A DNA stretch of 64,000 nt from Takakia lepidozioides (Eukaryota; Plantae; Bryophyta). The position numbers and the translations under genes are program-made. The notes below the pieces were generated by a model that was given only the letters and a program-made list of their open reading frames with translations, was not told the origin of the DNA and searched no databases. The DNA is taken from the NCBI GenBank assembly GCA_030704615.1, contig CM060731.1, positions 25,978,001-26,042,000 on the forward strand, read 5' to 3'. How positions within the stretch are numbered: the first letter of the stretch is position 1; each line of letters opens with the position of its first letter. Positions 12,291-26,285 of the stretch are shown here, piece by piece.

Positions 12291-15200
12291 CCAAGTCAAT
12301 CATCTCGTATTTGTTGAGGAGTTGTTCACGAAGCCAAGCCATCTTCTCTTTGTGACTTCCTGTGATTAGCAAATCATCAACATAAAGCACTAAAAGTACA
12401 ATTTTGCCATCTTCAATCAGATAGTACAAGTTGTAATCCGCATTGCTTTTAAGCATTCCTTGAATCCTCAAGTAGGCATCAATATTGGCATACCAAGCTC
12501 TTGGAGCTTGCTTTAGCCCATAAAGTACCTTGAGCAGCAAACATACCAATCCCTCACAACCTGGAACAACAAAGCCCTCGGGCTGCTCCATATACACCTC
12601 CTCTTGAAGAAGGCCATTCAAGAAGGCCGTCTTCACATCTAGATGGATAATAATTCATCCTTCGTGAGCAGCCAGAGCGATCATGAACCGAATTGTTGCC
12701 CATTTAACAACAGGAGCAAACGTCTCGTCAAAATCCAGTCCTTCAGTATGTTCAAATCCACGCGCCACCAGGTGCGCCTTAAGCTTGCTCGCTGCACCAT
12801 CTGCCTGCTTCTTCACTTTATATATCCATTTGGCAGTTATAGGACGTTTGCCGGGAGGCAATATTACTAACTGCCAAGTTCGATTCTTCTTAATTGAAAC
12901 CATCTCCTGCTCCATAGCTGCTTGCCATCTTGGAATTGAAGCTGCCTCTGCATACGTGAGTGGCTCAAATGACGAAGTTTCAACGAGATTAACATAGTCG
13001 TTGAAGCCGACAGGGGGACGTCTCTCCCGAATTGGTCAAGTAGGCACTAGTGCTGAGACAAGGACCTCCTCTTGGGGTAGTTGTGAGGCAGGATTTTTGG
13101 GCTGGTTGTCGGAAGTTACATGTTCAGTTGGCAGATCAACGTGCAAATCGATAGCTGGTGGAGAGGCAGGTTGTCCAGTAGCCTCCTCTGCTTGTGTAGT
13201 TGGTTCCAAGGTCGTGATGATTGTGTCAGTCGACACAGGTTGGATACTGGTGGGCACATCAGATTTGAGCTCATCTTGCGTAGAGAGTACTTCAACAAAC
13301 CTAACATGCCAACTGATGAAAACCTTGCGAGTTGCAGGGTTGAACAATCGATATCATTTGGTTACTATATTGTAACCCACCATTGTGCATTCGACAGAAT
13401 CCAGCTTATCTCTCTTATGTTTCTCAACATGGACATATGCTTTGCTCCCGAAAATACGCAGATGAGACAGATTAGGCTTAATACCTGAGAATCGTTGGTA
13501 GGGTGTGACTCCAGAATTGGCACGAGTTGGTGACCTATTCAGAAGGTAGGCAGCACAATTGATTACTTCACTCCACAAATACTTAGGAAATGAGTTCTCC
13601 AACAGTAAACTCCTTGCATGCTCCATCAGAGTTCGATTCTTCCTCTCAGAGATGCCATTTTGCTGTGGCGTGTGTGGATTAGTAAGTTGCCTTTGGATTC
13701 CTTCAGCATTGCAGAAGTTGATGAACCTGAGACAAAAATTCTCCACCACGGTCTGTATGCAAGCAATTGATGGTTTTCCCTTGAGCTTTCTCTATCATAA
13801 CTTTAAAGTTCTTGAAGCAAGAAAAAGCTTCACTTTTCTGCTTGAGAAAGTACATCCATGTAAATCTACTGTAGTCATCTGTTATACCCATAAAGTACTT
13901 GGAGCCAGATAAAGAAGGTGCTGGAAGGGGTTCACATAGATCTACATGCACTAGTTCTAATATATGTTTTGCTCTGTGTTCACTAGAACGAGGAATCTTT
14001 CCCTCTTCTGTTTTCCTAGTATGCATGCCCTGCAGACTTCTGAAATGAGAGGGAGTCGAGGCATTCCTAGAACCTTCCCACTGTTACTGAGAAAATGAAG
14101 ACTATGGTGGTTTAAGTGACCGAGCCTTCTGTGCCATAGCCTGGTTGACTCCTCGACCTCGACGGTGTTCACCTCGGGAGAGAGACTTATCGTCAGTTGA
14201 AAATTTATACAATCCAGAGGATATTCGTTTTCCTTGCAAGATCAATTTGTGAGGACTTTTTTTTTCCACAAACAAACACTTTCTATGGTCAAATATACCA
14301 AGATGACCCTTATCAGCTAGTGCACTAACAGAAAGTAGATTACGAGTAATGCCAGGGACGTAAAGAACATCGGTTATGTGCTTTATTGATCCATTTTGCA
14401 TTATACTTGCATGACCCTTCCCCTTCACAGAGTTATGAGAGCCTTCAGCAAATCGGACACTAGTAGCACTACCGCCTCGGGGGTTCATATCATGGAAAAT
14501 CTTTGGATTGCCCGTCACATGCTTACATGCGCCAGAATCAACGATCCAGGAGGTTGGTTTTTCCTTCAACGAAACTCCTTCATCATGAGTGTTGAGGGTA
14601 GCCAATGCTACCTCAAGCATCCCAGCTGCTTCACCGTCGTCATCCTCTTCTTCTGACTCCTCTGGTGCCTCCTCAACGACGTGGGCAGTTTGCTGATTTC
14701 TTGCCTTCAAGATCTCCTCATATAGCATTGCACAGTTCCTGGCCCAATGGCCCTCCTTGCCACATCTATTGCAAACAGATGCTGAAGTCTTTTGTTGATA
14801 AGGAGGTCCGCCATTTCGTTTGTATGCTTGCTTGAACTTTACCCACAGCGCTTCATCGTGGTTCAACTTTCGACCCCTTAGTTCTCGCCGGCTCTCCTCA
14901 TGTAGCAATTTCGTGATCAGCTCCGGAGGATTAGGGAGCTCCCTCTGCGCAATAATCGCATCACTGTAGGCAGTGTATGATTCTGACAGCGCGTTCAAGA
15001 TATATTCCACGACAGTGTCTTCCTCGATTTCTTCACCAAAGCTAGTGAGCTGGGCTACCAGATTGGTAATTTCCTCAAGAAAATCTTCCATAAAGGCTCC
15101 CTCCTCCATTCTGATGCCTTGAAGCTTGTTTCTCACTGACATCTTAGCTAGGGCATCCCAGACTTCCTTAGGCTCGTTGAGATGGAAGACGTAATAGATC

Positions 15201-15918
15201 ACCTTATCTGTAAGAGAGAGATTGATAATGGTGCAAGCACGTTGTTTCTTCCTCCTAAACTCATTCCTGTTCTGACCTTCAGCTAAGACCATCCTCCTCT
15301 CAACCCATTCAAGGATATCCTCTCTGAGAAGATGGTTTTTGACTTTAAACTTCCACACCTCATAGTTCTTCTTTCCAGCACGTTTATCTTCTTGGGAAAT
15401 GGAAAAACTGCTACCCCCATTGGCCATCTTGAGACTATACAAAGAGAGATGCAAAAAAAAAAAAAAAAAAAAAAAAAAACACACTCTGTTTGGAGCAATG
15501 CTCACATATTACGATCTTGCTGGAGTCACAAGTATTACGATCTTGGTGGAGCAATGCTACACACCGACGTGGAGGTACTTCCTAGCAACCTCAAAGCCCT
15601 GAGAAAAACATACGATGATTCACTCGCCTATCTTGCTCTGATACCATGAAAGATTGTTGTATTACAAACAGCTCAGGAACATACTAGGCTACAATCATCC
15701 AAAGAGTGAACACACATGGTATTTAACTAGGCTAAGCACCTAACTTAATTTAAGGATGGAGTAATAGCTACCAGCTGCCAGTAGTACTTGGACCTATCTA
15801 TCTACCACACGGTAATATAACTTCATACATATCTATAAGCATAATTATAGCACCTAACTCACTGAGGACTATTACTAAGATTAGATCCTTGCTACCTAAA
15901 CATGTAGGTGATTTAACA
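12291..15918 (-). mobile_element. Ty1/copia retrotransposon, 5' LTR to mid-RT, truncated at the hAT array
   Basis: 5' LTR 15647-15918 (TG..CA); PBS TGGTATCAGAGCAA (tRNA-iMet) at 15633-15646. Gag CNRCGKEGHWARNC, protease WIVDSGA, LWHRRLGH, integrase [40 protein letters not shown]. Frameshifted. Confidence 0.95.
15647..15918 (-). repeat. 5' LTR of copia element
   Basis: Adjacent PBS; matches 4417-4680 in reverse complement. Confidence 0.92.
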
Positions 15919-15929
15919 CAAACTACTCT

Positions 15930-16535
15930 CATGGACCTCTTCCCCCTTTTCCAGGTCTGCCCAACACTCCCTTTGCATCCTCTATGCACCCGCATTTGGC
16001 AGACCTGTCCACCAGGGCACTCTCAGAATGACATAAGCTACAATTCCAGTTTTTGACAATGTCACCATGGACCTCTTCCCCTTTCCAAGGTCTGCCCAAC
16101 ACTCCCTTTGCATCCTCTACGCACCCACATTTGGCAGACCTGTCCACCAGGGCACTCTCAGAATGATACAAGGAACAACAATTCCAGCTTTTGACAATGT
16201 GACCATGGACCTCTTCCCCCTTTTCCAGGTCTGCCCAACAGTCCCTTTGCATCCTCTACGCACCCGCATTTGGCATATCTGTCCACCAAGGCACTGTTCA
16301 GAATGACATAAGGTCCAATTCCAGCTTTTGACAATGTCACCATGGACCTCTTCCCCCTTTTCCAGGTCTGCCCAACACTCCCTAATATGCATCCTCTAGT
16401 ACGCACCCGCATTTGGTAGACCTGTCCACCAGGGCACTGTTCAGAATGACATAAGCTACAATTCCAGCTTTTGACAATGTCACCATGGACCTCTTCCCCC
16501 TTTTCCAGGTTTGACCCACACTCCCTTTGCATCCT
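15930..16535 (-). repeat. Tandem array (~4.5 copies of 136-143 bp) of a PLS-class PPR gene fragment
   Basis: Units start at 15930, 16066, 16204, 16341 and 16484. They translate to GEEVHGDIVKS...NSALVDRYAKCGCVEDA in shifting frames. Confidence 0.88.
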
Positions 16536-18754
16536 TTGGCATTAGCAACACTCAATATGCTCTTCTTAGAAAATGGATTGCTGAGAAGAGGGGGAGGCAA
16601 GAGCACGGCTTCTCAGTCTTCTCCAAGCTCTAAGGTACAGTTACACTCACAATGCTACTGAGGACAAGTCATCATTTGTTGACAAGAAGCATTGGTCAGA
16701 CTTGATGCACCTAAATTCTATTTCTCAGCTACATCCAAAGGTTGGAGTAGCGGTTCACTTTTATGCTCATGAACAAGAGGACAACAATAAGCTGTAATCA
16801 GCCTAGAGCTACATGTGTACAAGCATGAGAGACTTGAGGTTTTCCTACGAGCACCCCCCCCCAACCCCCCCCCCCCTCAACACCTACTTGCTACATATCT
16901 TATGGTGCTTTCCGATATGATTACTATCTAAAGATGACATATATAACAATTGTTAAGCCTTACACCTGATATTCCATAACTTGACACTAACTATGGTCGT
17001 GTGTACATGAATCTGATGTGAGCATGAATATGAAGAGACTACGTGAGGCAACTTCACTTTCTTTAGATGGTAAACACACAAGAAAGGCTAAGTGGGCAAG
17101 TCCTGAAGAACTGAGGGCTAGCTTGGCTGCTTGGTCTATGATATGGACTTGCAGCATTACTGGTCAATGCTTTCTCAAGTGCTATCACACGCATTTAATC
17201 TGGTTTTATGGTTACCTTCTTATGTTGTGGAATATATGTATAATGATAGTCTATGGTTGTGACAGGTGTCAAGAGATTGAATTATCTTAGATTATAAAGG
17301 AGTAAGTTAGTCCTGCATTAACTTAAAACGCATCAACACTGGCAATGGCAACGGTGGGAGCCAAGGTGTCGAGTTCATAACTATCTAGCCAGCTAGTTTA
17401 CAGTGAACTCAAATCTAGCCAACTAGCTTGCATTGTAGTCCACTGAATTCTAAAATCCTAATGATTGTAGTTCCCACTTGTGGCATGGATATAGTCTGGC
17501 TGAGCAGGCTTGCTTTCTACCCTTCTCTATCCGTCGTGTAAGGGGGAGTTAGCAGTCTAAGAATAGTTGGACGGATAGGCTGCGTGTTTCCCAGCTTGCC
17601 TAAGCTGGTCTGTACCTTATGGCCTTTTTGCAATACGAGCATTGTTACTTGCAATTCGTGTGTGCAGTATTGACATGTCACGGGTCAGTCCTTGGTACTA
17701 ATATTGTTTGCTTCAGCATGAACGTCAGGAGAAAGCTTGTATTCCTTCAGATTATAGGTGAAGAAGAGGTAGGAAAAGCTTCCTCTACTTCAAACCTTCC
17801 TCCTTAGACCTGACTTCTCTCCTAAGCTGGACACAATTGATCATTTAGTGATGTTACTGGTAGACAACATTTTTGAACTAGCCATGGTATGAAACACTAT
17901 GATAAGGCACTTTCAATAGTATTCTGATGCTCAAGCTACCACCTCTTTCCTGTTTTCTAACCTTATGCCATACATGAGATATATAGTTGGGCTGAGATAG
18001 GATACCTTATTAAATTTTTTCACTTTCTCAACAACCATATGAGCTTGTTCAAAAGGAAACTATGCATGAAGATTTTCTGCATCCTTATGTATGACTTGAC
18101 TGGATCTTGAACTGTAATAGTTCAAAATGTGGTAAATCTATTTTCCTATGGTGTAGGAATTACTCATAAGACTTTGTTTGCCGTAGCCTTGTGGCCATAG
18201 ACCCCACCCCTAGTTTGGACGGAAGCATAGGGGTTATGCACTACCTTTGTGAGGGGCTCACTCCAGTAATGTGACTCACCTTGATATAAACAATTAGTTC
18301 GGGTTTCCAGATATCCTCTTGAAAGCCCCTCACACACATCAATCTGCTGTTTATGAACACCTCAACAGGCTTTAGGGTCAGCCTCCAGATCGTGGTTTAG
18401 GGAATGACATATAGTGAAAGGGCTGAACTGGTTCAGGTGTATGATGTCTTTAAACATTCTGGAACTAGATGTAGATGATCTAGAACCTAACTAGTCTTGA
18501 CATAACTAAACAATTGGTCTGTGGCCACAAGGCTGCATAAGTATATTCTCTCTCGTCTTCATTGCTCATACTAGATGAAGGAGGTAAATCAAGACAAACA
18601 TAGAAAGAAAAAAAAATTAACGAGTTTGATGTGAAGCAACTTGAACAACTTACGAAGCATACGGCTCAACAGACACCCTCGAGATGCACATGATTAAGAG
18701 ACACAGAGAGAATATAGATGGATGCAGAACAAGTTGGGGAGGGGAGAGTGATCT

Positions 18755-18995
18755 GCATCAGACGCAAGGTACAAACAGGCCATAGCAATAATATCCCACT
18801 TGTCACCCATCTTGCCCAAGGGCACCCACTCATGTATCTTGAAACCAGCTTCTTCTGGCACCGGCTTCTTCATGCCCGGGGTGTCAGCTATATGGCCAGG
18901 TGCAATCCCGTTAGTTCGAATGTCATAGTCTGTAGTTCCCCACTCCAGAGCCAAACTTCTAGAGATGTTGTCTATGGTTGCCTGCACAGTTGCAA
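18755..18995 (-). pseudogene. Orphan exon of peroxisomal 2,4-dienoyl-CoA reductase (SDR family), copy 1
   Basis: ATIDNISRSLALEWGTTDYDIRTNGIAPGHIADTPGMKK...VPLGKMGDKWDIIAMACLYLASDA; other exons not recognised. Confidence 0.8.
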
Positions 18996-19726
18996 CCAGC
19001 TTCTGTTCAGATACAAATAACATAACCTGCTTAAAAAGAACATCAGTTCAACATTGTGCTATTGCATATAAAGACTTTGCTTCGTTAGGATCGAGCTGCT
19101 ACACAGCCCCACTTGAGAACCAAGGATGGAAAGGACAAAGAGGACGGTCGCGATACACTCTCCTCCCTGCGAGGATGAATCGCACCAATTGCTCCACGCC
19201 CACCTCGCAGGAGCAGGACCAGTGGTGGCTGTTACTGTTAAAAACATATTTCATAAAATAAAAAATAATACAAATTAATATTTGATGCTCATTAATATCA
19301 AGAGCAAGAGGTATATTTGGTGTTTTCCATATCAGGATCATCCATCTTTTCCAACATTGATGCGTGGTCTCCTCTTGAGTGGAGGAGCCAACGAAAAACC
19401 AAAAAACTCTAAATCAAGTTTAGATTACTATGATGAGGTCAAAGATTGTAGCTGTTTATTTAGCCCTGTATCAATCAAATGTATGCTACATGGCCCTACC
19501 AACCAGATGCACTGCAGTGTATGTAATAAGGCAAAGTCCCAGAGCAATGAAATGTGATGAAAGCAGCACCATCCCAACTGAGATCTTGTTGGTCACAAAG
19601 TCCAGTGGGAGTTCTGAGAGGCAAGAGTCACAGGGACAAGTTTATTCTACTTTCTAGAGGCCTGGTTTTGCAAGCCTGACACACAGCTGTGCTGCTACGA
19701 CTAAACACAGTTCACACTTCATACTT

Positions 19727-20959
19727 CTAGACTTGAGCGCTCAGATTGGGCTCGAAAAGAAGTTCCGGAAATAAGCCGAGTCCATATTGTTCACGGGCGT
19801 CGGTGATGCTCTGCACTATGCCTGTGGTCCAAATCCTCTGGACGAAATCGAACTTTAGCAGCAGTCTTGACCTCGAAATGGAGTTAATGATGAGATGATC
19901 TCCTTGGACAACAACAGAGGACGGGTCGCCTGCGTTGGCCCACAGTCGAGAATCCATGTCGCTTGGCGTCCGTGTGATGAGTGAGAACTGGTTTAGAGAT
20001 ATCGATGGTTCATACTTTCGGACATCGACAAAGGCTGAGCCCCCTGTCTCGTAGTCGAAGGACATAGTTTCACATTGACGTTGATACAGCGTGACTACAA
20101 GAAGAGAGCCCTCGTAGTTGACAATGTTATTTGTGCGACCTACATAATCTCTGTACACATCGCGAGGCAATCTCTGGTAACCTGCTACGAAAACACCCAT
20201 CTCCAAGTCGTAAGTGACCATACCGTCGCCGTCATCTACTTGCACCAACATGTAAAGGAGATTGCCACATGTGACAATGTTAAATCTCATATGGTCCACC
20301 ACGCGAAATGTGCTGAATGGGAGGATACCGTGGGTGGCAGTCCATGCATCGGTGGACGAGTTGTATACCTGCAAGCTTCTCAATATTTCCGCATTATATG
20401 GATAATCTTGAATAATGAGGACTTTGTACTTGTTCGTACCACTTTGTGCCATGTGGATCACAGGATATGTCATGAATATAGCTTCCAGACAATTTGTGAA
20501 TTTAGGCAGCCTTTTCCACTGCCTTGTGAGTGGATTGCACACCAAAAGCGAAATTATTGGCACGCACCGATATCTGACATAGTGATCCCCCATACAAAAG
20601 AGCCCTCCTGCTCCCGATTTGATGTGGGAGTATGTGGAAGGAAGAAATGACAGATCAGGCATGCTCCACCACCTTTCTGCTCCAAAATCGTATGCGACAT
20701 ACGTCAAGTGCACCTTGTGCTGAAAGATGAGTATGGCCTTGAACTCTATCCCAGGATTCTGGACCTCCGAATGCATATCTATAAAATGGGAGGAAAAGGG
20801 AAAGGATTGCCACTTCTTACACGTTGACAGATTCCGGCATAGGGCTGGGATTGAGAGGCGAGCCGCAATTTTCTCTTGCAGGTCCTCTGGAAGAGATGCC
20901 CACAAATTTGGGTCCAAGTCCATGTCAAAAGCTGGTTCTGTGTTTTTTTCGTTGCGCAT
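19727..20959 (-). CDS. Intronless F-box protein with kelch/FBA-like beta-propeller C-terminus
   Basis: 410-aa ORF; LWASLPEDLQEKIAARLSIPALCRNLSTCKKW F-box; GGLFC, VCNPLTRQWKRLP, YKVLI, VYNSSTDAW, FEPNL. Confidence 0.9.
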   Translation of the reverse strand: MRNEKNTEPAFDMDLDPNLWASLPEDLQEKIAARLSIPALCRNLSTCKKWQSFPFSSHFIDMHSEVQNPGIEFKAILIFQHKVHLTYVAYDFGAERWWSMPDLSFLPSTYSHIKSGAGGLFCMGDHYVRYRCVPIISLLVCNPLTRQWKRLPKFTNCLEAIFMTYPVIHMAQSGTNKYKVLIIQDYPYNAEILRSLQVYNSSTDAWTATHGILPFSTFRVVDHMRFNIVTCGNLLYMLVQVDDGDGMVTYDLEMGVFVAGYQRLPRDVYRDYVGRTNNIVNYEGSLLVVTLYQRQCETMSFDYETGGSAFVDVRKYEPSISLNQFSLITRTPSDMDSRLWANAGDPSSVVVQGDHLIINSISRSRLLLKFDFVQRIWTTGIVQSITDAREQYGLGLFPELLFEPNLSAQV

Positions 20960-22184
20960 CAGTCTCTAGAGGTATAAAGTTTCTCGGACGCCACTTTAGC
21001 CACCACAAAGTATATGCATTGATCACTTTCGCAGTTCCCCTCAGATCAGAAAATTAAGTACAATCAAGTTCTCCACAAGATTTGCCACTTGCTTACGGTA
21101 AGCCATTTAAGAAGTTTTGAGGATGTGAGTTCTGTTATGAAGCTGGCGGCTGCTCAACTGGAGCTGGACTGTTGGTTTTTCGGTTTAATATTTATAAAAT
21201 TTCTAGTCGAAGACATAATCTTTCCAAGGCGCTTTAGTTTACTTTTCCGACGGTTATGAAACTTTTTATGTAACTCCTAGAAAGATCTGTAGTTCGTATA
21301 ACGGTTCAGTTCACTAAGTTATCTGGTGCCAGCTTACTTAATATATATTGAGTACCCAATCAGGGGGGAAATATGAGAATATATTAAATGCATTGCAGGC
21401 CATTGTAGTGACATGAACTGTCCAGATGGATTATTAAACCTTGCGAGTACGGAGTAAGGGAAACGAAGTACGACTCCTGATATTATAGCGTTCATCCACA
21501 GGAGCTCATGGTATAGAATTCTAGACAGCAAAGCAAGGACTCTTTCAGAATACATCAATGCAGCCTTTTAGATTACAGAGAGACGCAGACAACAAGTTGC
21601 ACCCTAGATCTTTCTTGGACATTGTCGTCCTCTCGACCTCGCCAGCACTTTTTCAAAGTCTTCGGAGCAATTCAGCATAGGAACTAGTGTGTGATAAGTA
21701 CGGTTCATGGGGTGTTTGCTAGAACAAATCTAGGCTGTGGTTGTCGGCTGCCAGCAGCCAGACGAGCGCAGAGGAGGGATGGCTGCACCAACAGGGATAT
21801 ATATATATAGAGTGTGGGTCCAGATTCATCAAGAGGGCCGGATTTCAAGCACCAAATCACCTCCCTGTGGATCGATAGCTATAACAAGAAACCGCCATGG
21901 GTAGATGGACAGCAGCAGCGCCGACGGCACAGTATATTTGACAAAATCAGGCACCTAATTTACCAAGACCACAGCTTCCGAAAAAGAACTAGTGCCTCAA
22001 GCAGGAGGGAGGCCATGTACAGTGCGTTTCAGCCCGTAGCAAATATAGCACTGATCAAGTAGGCAGAAGCAGGCCTTGAGCAATTAAATCAATTAGACGC
22101 TGCTCATCTCACAAAAGTGATCAGTTTAACCCTCAAGTGCCCAGACTCATTTTCACCCTCTCGTGGAAAAACATGACTCTGGCC

Positions 22185-25100
22185 TGCAAAGCCCCATTCT
22201 TGCTTACGCCTGGAAGTAACCCGTTTCATCCATAGCAGCGATACACATTCATAGTATATTTTTTTGGCGTATAAAGCCGTTAATCCGTTACAATGATGTC
22301 TAGGTTAGGGTTAGCTTAGGTCGGTGGCTTGATCCTGGCCCTTCATCAGATCTAGGGCTACAAAGCAGCGCCGTGGGCTTTGGCCTATGATGCTTTGCCA
22401 CGGGCTGGCCACCATGGTTAGGGCTTTTGTATAAAGATAGCGCCCTGACACAAGTTGAGGGCGGTGTATTCTGGTGTTAGTGTATATGTGATTTGGGTGT
22501 ACAAACTTTGGATGAGAGCTCTTATGTGTGTCAGATCCGCCCGCTTGATCCTCCTCTCGCGCATTGCCTGCTCTTTCTCTTGCCCTTTTATTGTGAAAGC
22601 ACGTTTCTTGATAGGAAAGGAGTATATGCTTCAGGCTCGTTTTGTGGTGGAGAGAAGCCGGGTAGCATTTAGATGTTTTAACATCCACTATCCGCCCTGA
22701 CACCATTTGCTGGGTTGTTGAGGGATTTGCGCGCTAATCTTTGCTTTTGCTCTCTAATCAGTCTTGTCTGATGGCGGCCAGCCACCTTGCGATGTTTTCT
22801 CCTGTTGTTTCGTATTTGTCTTCTCACCCTGCTCGTTGTGCTGTGCTGCAGGACGATGGCTTCGGTGCGTAGTTCTAGCTGTGTAGCACGCAGAGAGGGA
22901 GAAAGTCTGTCAGTGCAAGTTGATTTGGTTCTTGAAATTGTGACTGACCCTGCTTTGACAGTAGCAACTGATCTTGATATCATTAACCCCTCTCGACGTG
23001 CAACTCAATTTTAACTAATTCTAGATTTTTGGCTTAAATCCGGACAAAACTTAATATAATTTTACATTTAAATTAAAATCAAATAAGTACAATATTATGA
23101 AGCAATGAATCAAGATTTAGTTTTCAAGTGAATGTGCATGACTCCAAATTCCTTAAACGTCGACATCAAAGTCGAATGACATACATTAGACAATGCAAAT
23201 GATATATATTTAATAACACAATTTGCATGACTCCAAATTCATTAAACATCGACATCAAATCGAACGATATACAAATTTAACCAATGCAAAGGTATATACT
23301 AATTAACACAAGTATCCATGAGACATCGTTACCCAGTACATGTTGTCAATTAATCTGCTATCCCCAATACAAAGGCACTATATATATTCCACAAACACCC
23401 TAGCCCTGAAACTATAACATCTACACATAAGGCTGACATTGAGAAGACTGAGTGTGCGTCGCACGAAGATATGTTTTTGCAAATGCCTCCACGTAGATAG
23501 GTAGCTTGTAAAAATGAAGACTCGAACTTAGACAAAATACTTTGTTTTGTAAAAAAAATGAATGTCGGTCTCGAATCCAAATTGACTCATGCAAAAGAGT
23601 AACCACGGATATAAATTTATGAATACTAACACATGAATACAAGGCCCGAAGGCGAACTAAAAGGTATTCAAAATCAAAACGGTACAACGAAATAAAAAAG
23701 TCTTACTCACAAGAGAAATCCGAATCAACATTAATAAAATGTGAAAAAATGTATGGAACCTATGGAATTTCTAGACATTTTTAATCGAAATAATTTCTCC
23801 AAACCAAAGTATCAATGTACTCCAAAGTTGAAAGCTATGTACATTTATTTTTTCAATGACTCGCTTCGGGATATGAGGTTTCGAGGTATTGTAGGGTTTA
23901 GGATAAGAAAAAAGTATGAAGAGGGGGAGAAAAAAAAAACAACAGTGCATCGAACCTATAAGATTTTTCAATCAAATATCTCAACTTTGAATACATTGTA
24001 CCCCAAAGTAAGAATGTGTTTTTATAACGAGCTTCCAACATAGATATAAGGTTTTAGGAGCATAAAGTTTAAAAAAAATTATAAGTATGAATCAGACAAA
24101 TATGCAGGAAAATTTATGACCTATAAAAACATTCAATCAAGTAATATTTTAACCATAATTGTATTATACCCAAAGCTGGAAAAATGATTTGAATGAACTT
24201 CAAATATTTGAATGAGGTTTAGGGTATAGGGGTTTGGAGAGGTAAAAGTACTATCAAGTACAAAATATGGACGAGTGTGTAGAACATATAAGAATTTTCG
24301 AGTATCCAAGGACTCTATCATACATATAAGCTAGAATAAATTGAATCAATGAGCTTCAAATGACGTTTTCGGGTATACTAGGGTTTAGAACAAGCAAAAG
24401 TGTGAATGATACAAATAATGGGATACTGTTTAGGACCAATACAAAATTTCATTAAATATATCCAACAACCCTTAGTAGTATGCAATCCCAAAGTTAGAAA
24501 AAAAAAAATTGAATGAGCTTCAAACATTACAAAGATATTTTTGGGGTACTGGGCTTAGGCTATTAAGCTAAAGTATAGGTAAGAACAAATATGAAAGAAT
24601 GGAACTTAGGGTCTACAAAAATATCAATTAAAAATCCAGACCACTTTATCTTATTAAAAATGAGTCAATGGGGGGAAAAAGAATAATGAGCTTCAAACAA
24701 TCAAAAAACAATTTAGGGTGACATACTAGGATTTAGGGTAAGCAAATGTACTATTCAATGACAAACAAATTTACAAGCGTAATTAAGACATATAAAATCT
24801 CTCAATTAAATATCGTAAAATTCTATAGACTAAGTCCTCAAAGCTTAGAACTAGCCAAAAAAAAAAAAAAAACAATCTATTCAATCTAACAAAGGGTTGA
24901 AAAGTGCTTATAAGGAAGTTCCATACAAAATTGCTACCAAATAGTACTAAGCAAATGTTGAAGAAGAATGGCGCACTTACCAGGGAGTGGGATACCTTTC
25001 CCCTATTCTCTTTGCTTATGGCACCGCCGTGCATAGCACCAAGAAGACTCTTTTTGAGTTATTGTATGGTCGCAAGTGTGTTTCTCCTTTGCATTCTATC

Positions 25101-26285
25101 CCTCTTATTTCTACTGTTGTTGATCCAGTTGATCTTGAGACCTTTGTTCAGGATCTTCAAGCTCGACATGCGGTGTCTATCCATGATGCCAAGACGAACA
25201 TTGGTAAGGCTCAACTAACCTAGGCCCGTAATTTTAACAAGCGTGTCAAGTATTCTAGCATGTTTTAGGTGGGACAGACCATGTGCATTCGATTACAGCA
25301 TGGCAAGCATGCATGCAAATCTAAGCTCAAGATTGGGTCCATATTTGATCTATCAGATTTTACGTGGGCGACGTGCTCTTCTTCTTCCCCAAGGTTCTAA
25401 CATTGAAGTGCGGGATGAACCTGTTTCCTTGACGGACTTGGTGCATTCTGAGCTAGTTTTTGATCTCACATGTATCAATGTGGAGGGGCGCACAGTGGGG
25501 TGATGTCTTGATCTTCTTAGTGATTTACTTCAGCTTACTCCCCTTCTCTTCTCAGCGGCTTAGTCTTCGTTTGCGGCTGATGCCTCTTGGGGTCCTCGGA
25601 CTCGACCTTTCTAGGACTTAGAACATTTTATGACATCTCACCATTTGTACTCCCTGCACGGTTTTCCTAGCCAGGTGTTTTGTCCTCGGCCCAACTTGCA
25701 GGTGCCAGATTTTCCCTTGGTAGGTTTTTCACCCAGCAGTGGAGGGTAATATTTTTCCATTACTTGTTTTCCTTCGCGGAGCTCAAGATTTTTCGTGGGG
25801 GGTAGGCTTCATAGATGTAAAACCCCATACTTGCTTACGCCTGGAAGTAACCCGTTTCATCCAAAACGGCGATACACATTCATAGTATTTTTTTTTACGT
25901 ATAAAGCCGTTAATCCGTTACAATGATGTCTAGGTTAGGGTTAGTTTAGGTCGGTGGCTTGATCTTGGCCCTTCATCAGATCTAGGGCTACAAGGCAGCG
26001 CCGTGGGCTTTGGCCTATGATGCCTTGCCACGCGGCTGGCCACCATGGTTAGGGCTTTTGTATAAAGACGGTGCCCTGACACAAGGTGAGGGCGGTGTAT
26101 TCTGGTGTTAGTGTATATGTGATTTGGGTGTACAAGCTTTGGATGAGAGCACCTGTGTGTGTCAGATCCGCCCGCTTGATCCTCCTCTCGTGCATTGCCT
26201 GCTCTTTCGCTTGCCCCTTTATTGTGAAAGCACGTTTCTTTCGAGGAAATGAGTGTATGCTTCAGGCTCGTTTTGAGGCTTCACA
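22185..26285 (+). mobile_element. Internally deleted Ty3/gypsy-type LTR element with two ~470-bp LTRs (22185-~22643, 25816-26285) and GGCC TSD
   Basis: Direct repeats begin TGCAAAGCCCC/TGTAAAACCCC; 3' LTR ends GGCTTCACA; GGCC on both flanks. PBS-like TGGTGGAGAG after the 5' LTR and a G-tract at ~25796. Integrase remnant (REWDT..PILFAYGTAVHSTKKTLFELLYGR) at 24950-25080. Confidence 0.88.
23008..24900 (-). mobile_element. AT-rich decayed insertion with Helitron-like terminus, nested in the LTR element
   Basis: Left end ATTTTAACTAATTCTAGA(T/C)TTTTGGCTTAAATCC is shared with 31158. The right boundary is approximate. Confidence 0.45.

Noticed and set aside
6130-15918. One copia element split by the hAT insertion
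   Set aside because: The LTRs at 6130-6402 and 15647-15918 are only distantly similar and the intervening RT/RH part is missing, so they were treated as separate elements.
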